Source of the DNA: Spirosomataceae bacterium | GTDB lineage: Bacteria > Bacteroidota > Bacteroidia > Cytophagales > Spirosomataceae | Length of the DNA stretch: 36,456 nucleotides | NCBI GenBank assembly: GCA_025455785.1 | Contig: JALOLV010000009.1 | Span: 1-36,456 of the forward strand | Reading direction: 5' to 3' | Part shown: positions 7,523 through 16,295 of the stretch, one piece after another | Numbering within the stretch: the stretch's first letter is position 1 | Layout: each line of letters begins with the position of its first letter | Made by a program: the position numbers and the translations under genes | Notes under the pieces: model-generated | The model's database searches: none | What the model saw: the letters and a program-made list of their open reading frames with translations, nothing else | Told to the model about the DNA's origin: nothing

Positions 7523-10459
7523 ATGAAAAATCCATTTTTATTAGTTTTATTCGTTTTATCGTTCATTCAACTTCACGCCCAAGTAAGAAGCAAACTCTCG
7601 CCTGCTGATAGCTTACACTTTTGCGGATACTACAAAGAAGAAATTGTTTTAAGAAAAGCCGCTCCACAAAGTATTCTTGAAAATCGGATTCTTTTAGACA
7701 ATGCTCAGGTTAATCTTTTGTTGCAATCGCAAGAGATTGAAAAAGCCAAAGAATTATTTGATAAAATTTTAGCTGATTATAAAAAAAGTACAAATCCTAA
7801 AAGTATTGAGTTTTACATGAGCCTCACCCAAGCGAGGGTTTTGCGTGGACAAGAGAAGTGGGGAGAAGCGGTTGAGTTTTTAAAAAAATTAGAAGGTATA
7901 AACCGTAAAAAAACTATTTATGATGGAATTTTACTAATTGAATTGGGTGAAAATAGTGAATACATAGATGCGGTAAAAGTCTATCAATCAGCTATTAAAG
8001 TGCTTGAGGCTAACAAACTGCACAATCACTACGCAACCGCTTTGGCGTACAACAATTTGGCCTTTAGTTTCGATAAAGTGGGATTGATACGAGAGTCCCT
8101 AAGTATCAATGAGAAATCGCTTGAAATTTGGTCAAAATACTACCGTAAAGATGTTGAAATTCTTTCTGTTTCTTACAATAATACAATTTATGATTACCTC
8201 GAATACGGTGATAGATTTAAGTGTCAGAAACACCAAAAAGCATTTGAAGCGATAATGAATGAGCATTTTGAGCGTTTTGCCAAAGGGCAGTTTGTTTCAA
8301 AAAAGACTTGGGACGACCTTCACGCTCGAACCATGTTTCATCTTAGCAGTGTACGCTACTACGGTGAGTTTTTTGAACCTGCTAAAATCGAATATCATTT
8401 GAGAGCTTTAGAATCGATTTTTGCTCGTAGTCCAAAGGGTTATTATGAGCAAGAATTTTATGTTTTGCCAGCTGCTTATGATGCTGCTTCTTACTATTTT
8501 AGGTCAAAAGGCGACTATGTAAATGCTTTAAAGTACAATTCGATTTCGGAAAAAATTGCCAAAACCAATTTTGAGAAAATGAAGGCACAGGCGATGTATG
8601 CCATGATTTATTATGAACAAAAAAACTATCCAAATTCTCTTGAATTTACTGAAAATAGCTTAAAATCAATGAATTATGACGGTAAAGGTACCAGCATATT
8701 CACATTGAGTGTTTTGAAAGCTGAATTATTGGCAAATCTCAATCGCTCTGCCGAAGCCATAAAGACTTTAGAAGAGTTGTATAAGTTGATGCTAAAAAAA
8801 GAAAAGAAGTTAGCTAATATTAGCATCTCTGATTTTGGAGAAGTTTCATCAACTTATTATATCAATATCTTTATTCACTCGGGCTTAACTCTGCGGAAAA
8901 TTTATGAATTAAATGGTCGTAAAAAGTCGGATTTGAAGACCATGAAGCATTTTTACAAACTTGCGGCGGCTATGTTTGAGCGGTATTATCAAAAAGGAAT
9001 TTTTAATCCAACGCTTGACCAATATTTAAGAAATATCAAAGAAGGACTACTCTATGCCGATGCAAAAAACAATGCTGATAAAGCCGAACTATATGCTTCG
9101 CTGAACACCCTCGAAAGCATTAGTTCGCAGCATCTTTGGCAACGTTTTATTCTGAGAAATGAAGAAAACTTGAATCTTTCTAAGGAACTTCTGGCTAAGA
9201 AAAATGAATTGCAACTAAGAATAAACGCCCTCGAAAGTTCTGAAAAAAGTGCAATGCCCGAATTAGAAGCAACTAAGCGAGAGTTAGCAAAAATTGAGGG
9301 AGAAATCTATAATCAAAATCCTGATTTTAGAAGGTTTTCGGATAAAAGTTTTGATTTGAAATCTATTCAGCAAAAACTCTTGAAAGATAGAGTTATCGTA
9401 AAATATACCGTAACAGACAGTACCCTTTTTGCTCATGTGATTGCAAAGGATGGTCTCAATGTTTATGAACTCGGGCCAAAGGACAGTATCGAGCAATTAA
9501 CAAAAAAATACTACCAGCAACTTTCAAAAATTGATTTTGGCTCTAACAGTCTATCCAAACAACTGTATCAGATTTTGATTGAACCTCTAAAAATTGATTC
9601 GGATAAAATAGATTTCATCATTGAAGATTTTTTGAGTTACATACCGTTTGAAACATTGACTGATAGAAAAGGGAGGTTGTTATTATCAAGTACTGATATT
9701 TCGTATAATTATTCGCTCAAATTATGGAGTATATCTTCTTCAAAATTAGCTAATTATATTTCGAGTTTAACGGGTTTTGCACCAGAATACGGAGCTGATG
9801 TGGTAGCTTCGAGAGATGTAAATAATAGATTGCTCTATACGGCTTCTGAATTGGAAAAAATTGCCGAAACATTCAGAAATACTCGAATTTTTAAGAATAT
9901 TTCAGCTACAAAACAAAATTTTTTGAATAGTATTGGTCAAAGCAAAATTCATCATTTAGCAATGCACTCTATGCTCAATGAAAATGACTACGAGCAGTCG
10001 AGTTTATTGTTTCAGAACAACGAAAAGCTGTATTTTAATGAGTTGTATTCTTTGAATTTCCCGTCCGAATTGGTGGTTTTGAGTGCGTGCAATACCGGAG
10101 TAGGGCAGTTGCAAAATGGCGAGGGTTTGATGAGCATTAGCAGAGCATTGAATTACGCAGGAGTGAAGTCGTTGGTGCATAGTCTCTGGCAGGTACCCGA
10201 CAAAGAAACCGCCGAATTAATGGCGTATTTTTACCAAAATCTTGCTGATGGACAAACTAAAGATTTGGCTTTGGCTCAAGCCAAAAGGCAGTTTATTGAT
10301 AAAAATCCAGCAAAGAATCACCCGTATTATTGGGCAGGTTTTGTGCTTAATGGCGATAGCCAACCCATTGACGACGGTTTTCCAAAGTGGATTTTTGTTG
10401 TGATTGGCTTAATAATTTTAGTTGGTGGAATTTGGTTTTTGAGATATAGTAAATTGTAA
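7523..10459 (+). CDS. Exported TPR-repeat CHAT-domain (caspase-like) protease with a C-terminal transmembrane anchor
   Basis: Signal peptide MKNPFLLVLFVLSFIQLHAQ, followed by a long helical TPR-like region. The C-terminal CHAT domain carries the His/Cys dyad context (HHLAMHS..., LVVLSACNTGVG) and the tail HPYYWAGFVLNGD. The final hydrophobic helix is WIFVVIGLIILVGGIWFL. Confidence 0.9.
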   Translation: MKNPFLLVLFVLSFIQLHAQVRSKLSPADSLHFCGYYKEEIVLRKAAPQSILENRILLDNAQVNLLLQSQEIEKAKELFDKILADYKKSTNPKSIEFYMSLTQARVLRGQEKWGEAVEFLKKLEGINRKKTIYDGILLIELGENSEYIDAVKVYQSAIKVLEANKLHNHYATALAYNNLAFSFDKVGLIRESLSINEKSLEIWSKYYRKDVEILSVSYNNTIYDYLEYGDRFKCQKHQKAFEAIMNEHFERFAKGQFVSKKTWDDLHARTMFHLSSVRYYGEFFEPAKIEYHLRALESIFARSPKGYYEQEFYVLPAAYDAASYYFRSKGDYVNALKYNSISEKIAKTNFEKMKAQAMYAMIYYEQKNYPNSLEFTENSLKSMNYDGKGTSIFTLSVLKAELLANLNRSAEAIKTLEELYKLMLKKEKKLANISISDFGEVSSTYYINIFIHSGLTLRKIYELNGRKKSDLKTMKHFYKLAAAMFERYYQKGIFNPTLDQYLRNIKEGLLYADAKNNADKAELYASLNTLESISSQHLWQRFILRNEENLNLSKELLAKKNELQLRINALESSEKSAMPELEATKRELAKIEGEIYNQNPDFRRFSDKSFDLKSIQQKLLKDRVIVKYTVTDSTLFAHVIAKDGLNVYELGPKDSIEQLTKKYYQQLSKIDFGSNSLSKQLYQILIEPLKIDSDKIDFIIEDFLSYIPFETLTDRKGRLLLSSTDISYNYSLKLWSISSSKLANYISSLTGFAPEYGADVVASRDVNNRLLYTASELEKIAETFRNTRIFKNISATKQNFLNSIGQSKIHHLAMHSMLNENDYEQSSLLFQNNEKLYFNELYSLNFPSELVVLSACNTGVGQLQNGEGLMSISRALNYAGVKSLVHSLWQVPDKETAELMAYFYQNLADGQTKDLALAQAKRQFIDKNPAKNHPYYWAGFVLNGDSQPIDDGFPKWIFVVIGLIILVGGIWFLRYSKL

Positions 10460-10612
10460 ACTGGTTTTCTTTATCATTTTTAAAGAACATTTTTTTCTCT
10501 TTATGGAAGGGCGACCATTGTGCAGGGGGAATCGCAACCGATATATTATACTGTTTTAGTTTACACTATTTGAGTGAGTAAACAAAAGAAATTTAGATAA
10601 AATCAAATGGTA

Positions 10613-11347
10613 TCACTTTTCAAGTTTTTCTAATAGTTCTGTCGCTTTTTGGTTTTGAATATTCTCATAATTAGTAAGTAACTCTAAGATTAATTTGGCA
10701 TTTTCTTTATCACCCATTTTAAGATAAGCCAAAGCTAAGTACCATTTTCTTTGGGTATCAAAAGGGAATTTTTCGTCGGTTAAAACAGCACCCGAAAGTA
10801 TAGAAATAGCTTTTTGATATTCGCCCAAAGCCATGTAACATTGTCCTACATAAAAAACAGGATATTCATCTTTGGTTTCTTTACTTATTTTCTCAAAAAC
10901 TCCGATAGCTTCCCTAAATTTCTCTTGTTCGTACAGCTCAAAAGCCAATTTTTTATCGCCTTCGACCGTCGAGCTACCTCGTACCGACGGAGCAATTACA
11001 TTTGGATATACCTGAAAATTCTGAGTAAATAAATCTTCATTGGATGAGGTTTTAAAAACAAAAATCCATAGGGTTGCCCCCACTATAATTACCGAGGCTG
11101 CCGCAAGCCATAGCCAGCGTGGCATTGCCACAATTTTAGTTTCTTGCTTTTTTTCAAACGATTTGAGTTGATTTTTCAACTCGTATCTTTCTTTTTTATG
11201 AATCGCACTTTTGAGATTTTTTTCAAATCCAACCGCATCCCTAAACTCGGTATTTGAATTTACCAAAATTTCAAATTGAGTTTTTTCGGCTTCGGTTAAA
11301 CTATTTTCAAAATATTTTTCGATTAATAATTCATGTTCTGTACTCAT
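10613..11347 (-). CDS. Putative anti-sigma factor: short cytoplasmic N-domain, one TM helix, periplasmic TPR domain
   Basis: Its ATG at 11347 overlaps the TGA of the upstream sigma gene (ATGA). The N terminus LIEKYFENSLTEAEKTQFE resembles Bacteroidetes anti-sigma N-domains. The TM helix is WLWLAAASVIIVGATLWIFVF, and the C terminus has TPR-like repeats (AIGVFEK..., GEYQKAISIL..., YLALAYLKMGDKENA). Confidence 0.7.
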   Translation of the reverse strand: MSTEHELLIEKYFENSLTEAEKTQFEILVNSNTEFRDAVGFEKNLKSAIHKKERYELKNQLKSFEKKQETKIVAMPRWLWLAAASVIIVGATLWIFVFKTSSNEDLFTQNFQVYPNVIAPSVRGSSTVEGDKKLAFELYEQEKFREAIGVFEKISKETKDEYPVFYVGQCYMALGEYQKAISILSGAVLTDEKFPFDTQRKWYLALAYLKMGDKENAKLILELLTNYENIQNQKATELLEKLEK

Positions 11348-11856
11348 TTTCCTAAAATTTTTTTGAGTTGTTTCAAACATCTCGATTTTTGGCTTTTCAA
11401 GACGTCCTTGTTTTCATAAGGTAGTATCTGTAAGATTTCGTCGAGCTTTTTTTCTTCATAATAAAACAGCTTCAAAATTTTATAACATTGCTCACCAAGT
11501 TGTGCCAAAGCGTGTTCTATTTGGCTTATTTCAGCGTTTTCATCGTCAATCTCAAACCACTCAATTTTGTCTGTGATTTCTTCTGGTGGATTGTTCGATT
11601 TTTCTTTCAATTGTTTGAAAATCAAATATTTACCAATCGAAAAAAGGTACGTTTTTACCTCAGATTTTAGATTGTCGAGGTGTCCTTTTTTGATGTTTTC
11701 AATAAATGCAATGATTGAATCTTGATAAACATCGAGCAAATCATCAGTACTTAAATTATATTTTGCACCAAAACTCAAAAACGCTTTTCGGTGAGTCTGA
11801 TAGATTTTTTCGATGGTTTTGGAATCTCCATTTCTGAGAAGTTCAATTTCGTCCAC
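11344..11856 (-). CDS. ECF-type RNA polymerase sigma-70 family factor
   Basis: Region 2 (DDLLDVYQDSIIAFIENI, KTYLFSIGKYLIF) and a region 4 HTH (CYKILKLFYYEEKKLDEILQIL...KSQKSRCLKQLKKIL). I prefer the GTG at 11856 (MDEIELLRNGD...). The track start at 11949 is a TTG and reads through a 13-nt homopolymer. Confidence 0.82.
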   Translation of the reverse strand: MDEIELLRNGDSKTIEKIYQTHRKAFLSFGAKYNLSTDDLLDVYQDSIIAFIENIKKGHLDNLKSEVKTYLFSIGKYLIFKQLKEKSNNPPEEITDKIEWFEIDDENAEISQIEHALAQLGEQCYKILKLFYYEEKKLDEILQILPYENKDVLKSQKSRCLKQLKKILGK

Positions 11857-11899
11857 AGTGCTACGATTTAGTGTAGAGATACTATAAAAAGTAAACCCT

Positions 11900-11912
11900 A
11901 AAAAAAAAAAAA
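11900..11912. repeat. A13 homopolymer in the divergent sigma/OmpA-operon promoter region
   Basis: Thirteen consecutive A, counted directly, flanked by the 7-bp inverted repeat AGTAAAC/GTTTACT (11890-11896 and 11921-11927). Confidence 0.9.
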
Positions 11913-11971
11913 TGTTTAGCTGTTTACTTTTTGATGGTTTCAAACACAAACTAAATAAAAACTATCAGAAT

Positions 11972-13336
11972 ATGAAAACTATAATTTTTTCTTTGGTTTG
12001 TATATGCTGCTTTTTGGTAACATCGGCACAAATCATCGACCCAAAAGAAACCGCTAAACGCAAAGCACAAGACCGCACTAATAACGCCATCGACCGTACG
12101 ATTGATAGGGGATTGGACAAAGTAGAGGAAGGTATTGGCAATATTTTTAAGAAGAAAGAAAAGCCCGCTAAAGAAGAAAAGACAACCAAAAAAGGCGGTA
12201 AAAATTCAGACAATTCAAAAGATAGCGAAGAAGAATCAAGTGTAGAAGAAAGAGTTGATAATGAGAATACAACTTCAAATAAGAAAACGGCTTCTCAACC
12301 CGAACCCGCTCCCAAATCAACTTCATTGAAATCGTATTCTAAGTTTGATTTCATTCCGGGTGAGAAAGTGGTCGCCGTTGAAGATTTTTCGCAAGATGCC
12401 GTAGGCGATTTCCCAGCCAAATGGAATACCAATGCAGGTGGCGAAATTGTAAACATTGATGGCCAACCGGGGAAATGGCTCCAAGCCAGCGATAGAGGTT
12501 TGTTTTTTCCTGATTTTGTCAATCAACTGCCCGAGAATTTTACGATGGAGTTTGATATGATGATTAGCGACGATGTCTCAAATAATATGTCTGGCTTGAT
12601 GATTTTCTTCCCAGAAGTCAGTAAAAGAAAAGCCACTTTTGACGCCAGTTTTAGTACTGACCCTCAAGTTGGGTTTGACATCCACCCAGTTGCCGAGGGT
12701 GCTGGGAGTACCAGCTATGCTTGGGTTTTTGATAAGAATAATGAAAAAATATTAGAAAATACCCTACCAATTGTGTGGAAACAAAATACAGCCAATAGGA
12801 TTTCTATTTGGCGACAAAAATCTCGTATTCGTCTATATATAAACGAAACCAAAGTTTGGGATTTGCCCCGTGCATTTGACCTAAGTCTAAAATACTCTTT
12901 GCTCTTCAATAACAATTTATTTAGTGGAGCCAATTTTATCACCAATCTACGCATTGCCGAAGGTGCTCCAGATACACGTAATAAGCTCATTACCGAAGGT
13001 AAGTTGGTTACCCGTGGGATTTTATTCGATGTCAATTCTGATAAAATCAAGGCAGAATCTTACGGTGTTCTAAAAGAAATCGGAACGGTACTGAAAGAAA
13101 ACCCCGATGTGAAAGTTAGGATAATTGGCCACACAGACAGTGATGGCGATGAAGCTAAAAATTTGGATTTATCGAAACGTCGTGCTGCATCTGTCAAAAA
13201 CGCGTTATCGACCGAATTTGGTATTGAGGCTGCCCGTATGGAAACCGACGGCAAAGGCGAAACCCAACCATCTGACCCAAACACAACGCCTCAAGGCAAA
13301 GCCAACAACCGTAGAGTTGAATTTGTTAAATTTTAA
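11972..13336 (+). CDS. OmpA-family protein: signal peptide, K/E-rich linker, unknown beta-rich middle domain, C-terminal OmpA/peptidoglycan-binding domain
   Basis: The C terminus ILFDVNSDKIK...VRIIGHTDSDGDEAKNLDLSKRRAASV...NRRVEFVKF is a classic OmpA_C domain. The ATG at 11972 gives the signal peptide MKTIIFSLVCICCFLVTSAQ. Confidence 0.9.
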   Translation: MKTIIFSLVCICCFLVTSAQIIDPKETAKRKAQDRTNNAIDRTIDRGLDKVEEGIGNIFKKKEKPAKEEKTTKKGGKNSDNSKDSEEESSVEERVDNENTTSNKKTASQPEPAPKSTSLKSYSKFDFIPGEKVVAVEDFSQDAVGDFPAKWNTNAGGEIVNIDGQPGKWLQASDRGLFFPDFVNQLPENFTMEFDMMISDDVSNNMSGLMIFFPEVSKRKATFDASFSTDPQVGFDIHPVAEGAGSTSYAWVFDKNNEKILENTLPIVWKQNTANRISIWRQKSRIRLYINETKVWDLPRAFDLSLKYSLLFNNNLFSGANFITNLRIAEGAPDTRNKLITEGKLVTRGILFDVNSDKIKAESYGVLKEIGTVLKENPDVKVRIIGHTDSDGDEAKNLDLSKRRAASVKNALSTEFGIEAARMETDGKGETQPSDPNTTPQGKANNRRVEFVKF

Positions 13337-13347
13337 ATTTTATAGCC

Positions 13348-14247
13348 ATGAAAATCATTCTAAAAACTGTATTATTCATATTATTTATCTCGAAAATTTA
13401 TGGACAAGGTATCAGCATAGAACCCAATGTTTTAAGATTTAATCCAGTGTTGTCTTTTAGACCATTTAATGCAACCGAACCTTCTCTTGATTTAATTTCA
13501 AGTCATTCAACTTTTAGACCGTCACTTTCTTTCCGTCACTTTGGTAATACGTTGGGTTGGATTACTGGTAACAGCACCAATGATTTAGTTCTGTATGCTA
13601 GACAATCTTTCCGTTTTGAGACCTTATTTAATGGAAATTTTTTTAACGTAATGACTATCCAAAATAATGGAAGTGTCGGAATTGGAGTAAACCCAAGTGT
13701 AAATGCCAAATTAGATGTTGATGGAAATATTCGAAGCTCATCTTTGGATTTCACAGAACAATCTTCAACCGAAAGACGATTGATTTTTACAGATGCCAAT
13801 GGCGTAATCAGAGCCGATAATTCGACAGACCAATATCAAAGTTATGGTTTTAGTGCAGTTCAAGCCCAAGACTGGAACGACCAACTACGAAAAGGAAGTG
13901 GTTATGCTTGGTTTAATTCTACAAATATTGGTGCTACAATGTATCTACCTGTCAATTTGCCCGATGGAGTAAAAGTTACCAATGTTAGGTTATATTTTCT
14001 CGATGATTCGGCATCTGATTTAATCTTCACATTCTCAAAAAACAATCATTCATCCAATGCGTTCACAACTATTGCTTCTGCACAATCAAGTGGGGCAAAT
14101 ACCAACATACGAGACATACAAGAGGCAACCAACGAAACTATCCAAAACCAAAGTAATTCGTATTATTTGAATGTATCCTCTGTCGGTAATTGGATAGGAA
14201 ACAATCTAAGGTTCCATAGTTTTGTAATCACGTATCAATATCAATAA
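13348..14247 (+). CDS. Secreted hypothetical protein with a tail-fibre-like G-x-V-G-I-G motif
   Basis: Signal peptide MKIILKTVLFILFISKIYGQ. The motif NGSVGIGVNPSVNAKLDVDGNIRSS resembles the motif seen in Bacteroidetes tail-fibre-like proteins. The start lies 11 nt after the OmpA-like stop. Confidence 0.7.
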   Translation: MKIILKTVLFILFISKIYGQGISIEPNVLRFNPVLSFRPFNATEPSLDLISSHSTFRPSLSFRHFGNTLGWITGNSTNDLVLYARQSFRFETLFNGNFFNVMTIQNNGSVGIGVNPSVNAKLDVDGNIRSSSLDFTEQSSTERRLIFTDANGVIRADNSTDQYQSYGFSAVQAQDWNDQLRKGSGYAWFNSTNIGATMYLPVNLPDGVKVTNVRLYFLDDSASDLIFTFSKNNHSSNAFTTIASAQSSGANTNIRDIQEATNETIQNQSNSYYLNVSSVGNWIGNNLRFHSFVITYQYQ

Positions 14248-14283
14248 TTGCATTCGAGTACTTATTCTAATAATAATCAGACC

Positions 14284-14970
14284 ATGAAAAAAACAAATTT
14301 AACCCTATTACTATTCCTCGTAAGTATATTAACTTATGCCCAAGAATGTAGCAGTTATTTTAAGTTTAGCAAAGGAATGAAAATCGAAATGACGAGTTTC
14401 GATAAAAAAGACAAACCCTCTGCTATTTTAAAATACGAGGTGCTTGATTATAAGCCAGTTAATGGTGGATTTTCGTTGGTTTTTTCAAATGAAACCTACG
14501 ATTCTAAAGGTAAATTATTGGCAAAAGGCGAGTCATTTGGTAAATGCAATAACGGCGATTACATAACTGATGTTCGTAATATTAGCAGCGATATGATTCC
14601 GAAATCGGCGGATATAAAGATGAATATTGACGGCGATAAGGTGGTGTATCCTGCCCGAATGAAAGTCGGAGATAAACTAAAAGACGCCTCAATAAAGATT
14701 TCATCAACTCTCTCATCGGGAATGACTTTGATGAATATCACGGCAAATATCACTGACCGAAAAGTCGAGTCTGCTGAGAGTGTAGAGACACCCGTGGGCA
14801 AGTTTGATTGCCTAAAAATTACCTATACACTCAATACAAAATTTATGGGAAATCGTACCCTGATTTGTAATGAATACCTCGCCAATGGCATTGGTGTAAT
14901 CAAGCAAGAACAATTTGATGAAAAAGGAAAAAAACAGTCGTCTTTAATCCTAACAAAATTAGAAAAATAA
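14284..14970 (+). CDS. Secreted hypothetical protein
   Basis: The ATG at 14284 gives the signal peptide MKKTNLTLLLFLVSILTYAQ, and the rest is beta-rich. Its stop overlaps the next start (TAATG). I recognise no domain. Confidence 0.7.
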   Translation: MKKTNLTLLLFLVSILTYAQECSSYFKFSKGMKIEMTSFDKKDKPSAILKYEVLDYKPVNGGFSLVFSNETYDSKGKLLAKGESFGKCNNGDYITDVRNISSDMIPKSADIKMNIDGDKVVYPARMKVGDKLKDASIKISSTLSSGMTLMNITANITDRKVESAESVETPVGKFDCLKITYTLNTKFMGNRTLICNEYLANGIGVIKQEQFDEKGKKQSSLILTKLEK

Positions 14971-16295
14971 TGAAAAAAATATTCTTTTTGGCTTATTTAT
15001 CTTCGTTTGTGGGATTTAGCCAAAAAATCGAAATAATTAAAATGAGTGGCGGCTTCAAAGAAATTGATTTGTCGAAACCCAAATTTAATACCAAGGCCGA
15101 ACCAATACCCAAGCCCAATGAGACCCACAAGATGACTCACGTCATGGAGGTAATCTGCGATGACACAAAAGAATCAGGTACTATGGTTCAATACATAAAT
15201 ATTACAAACGGAGTTGTAGGAATCACCCCCGAACTTATAAAACAATGGAAAGGCACGGGTGGTGAATCTCTTGAAAACTTAGAACAACTAAATTATTGGG
15301 CGATTTTGCCGAATATGACCCAACGGATGTTTATGAACACGCCCGAAACTGGTAAAACAATCATGGAAATGACCGCAGGTGATGGCATGTACACCACGAC
15401 GATGGCACGTTTTGATGCCAAGAACTTGGGAGAAATTTTTTGGAGTACGGCAAAAAAAATCAAAACGGTTTCTGTACCCAAAAATCTATTGAACGCGTCT
15501 TCGGGTGGCGATATGTCGCTTGATGTTTATGAGTTTGTCGGCGACGAAGGCAAAGTCCAGATTTGGCTCAAAGATTTGGGTTTGGCCGAAGGTCAGTTTG
15601 CTCCGCTCAAACAAAACTACGCTGTTACGGGCTTGGGCGGCACCGGCTGGATTCTCAATAACCGAAATAACCATGTCTATTTAGTTTTTCAGATAAATGA
15701 TGCCGCCAATACTAAGGGTTGCCGGTTGTCGGCATTATACGCCAAACCGCACAGTTTTTCGGGAGCCGGATTTAAGCCAATGGGAGATATAATCTACAAA
15801 GACATCACCGAGGGTCATCAAAAGAATATGGAGAATTTTGAACAAAACTTGGCTGACGAACTCGAAGGTGAAGATGATGCCCAAATCAAGGCATTGATAA
15901 AAGAAAAAGCTAAATTAAGTAAAGAAATTGCCGATAAAACCATGAAAGCCAACGCCAATGCGGCAATGCTCAATGACGGTTCTGAATTTGCAAGAGCTAA
16001 TATCCAACTGGCTCTTGACCCCGATTTGATTTACAAAACGAATGATGTAGAATCAAGAATCGCTGCTCGCAGAATCCAGATTGAACTCAACAATACCGAC
16101 GACCCTGACCGCCGCACTGAACTTAACAAACAACTCAACTGCAACACCAAGCAACGACAGCTTTGGACAAATTACAGAGAGGAGGCCAAAAAACTTAAAG
16201 AAAAGGTAAAAGGCTTGGATATATACGAACAAACTGAAAAACTTGGAGCGTTGCAGCAAAGCTATCTTGAAAGGAGCCAAAAAATATGTCAATAA
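14970..16295 (+). CDS. Secreted hypothetical protein with a C-terminal coiled-coil region
   Basis: Signal peptide MKKIFFLAYLSSFVGFSQ. The C-terminal ~150 aa are charged and heptad-like (EDDAQIKALIKEKAKLSKEIADK...). The gene is translationally coupled to both neighbours. Confidence 0.72.
   Translation: MKKIFFLAYLSSFVGFSQKIEIIKMSGGFKEIDLSKPKFNTKAEPIPKPNETHKMTHVMEVICDDTKESGTMVQYINITNGVVGITPELIKQWKGTGGESLENLEQLNYWAILPNMTQRMFMNTPETGKTIMEMTAGDGMYTTTMARFDAKNLGEIFWSTAKKIKTVSVPKNLLNASSGGDMSLDVYEFVGDEGKVQIWLKDLGLAEGQFAPLKQNYAVTGLGGTGWILNNRNNHVYLVFQINDAANTKGCRLSALYAKPHSFSGAGFKPMGDIIYKDITEGHQKNMENFEQNLADELEGEDDAQIKALIKEKAKLSKEIADKTMKANANAAMLNDGSEFARANIQLALDPDLIYKTNDVESRIAARRIQIELNNTDDPDRRTELNKQLNCNTKQRQLWTNYREEAKKLKEKVKGLDIYEQTEKLGALQQSYLERSQKICQ

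Noticed and set aside
5955-7535. Minus-strand ORFs 5955..6242, 6297..6743, 6376..6597 and 7086..7535.
   Set aside because: They are antisense to the well-supported photolyase-family gene and are typical shadow ORFs.
10500-10545. GC-rich patch (GGAAGGGCGACCATTGTGCAGGGGGAATCGCAACCG) between the CHAT and anti-sigma genes, considered as a REP-like repeat or small RNA.
   Set aside because: It has no convincing stem, no second copy in the window and no terminator shape. It may be a degraded repeat remnant, which cannot be tested here.
11857-11949. N-terminal extension of the sigma factor ORF (TTG at 11949, MCLKPSKSKQLNIFFFLGF...).
   Set aside because: It reads through the 13-nt homopolymer (giving FFFL), starts at a TTG and adds a hydrophobic segment atypical for ECF sigma factors. 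The GTG at 11856 gives a standard ~170-aa protein.
11912-11971. Upstream extension of the OmpA-like ORF (MFSCLLFDGFKHKLNKNYQN).
   Set aside because: The internal ATG at 11972 gives a canonical signal peptide. The extension overlaps the divergent promoter and the poly-A tract.
12295-13442. ORFs 12295..12522(-), 12323..12526(-), 12715..13050(-), 13060..13284(-) and 13125..13442(+).
   Set aside because: They are shadow ORFs overlapping the OmpA-family gene. 13125..13442 is out of frame with the clear OmpA_C domain.
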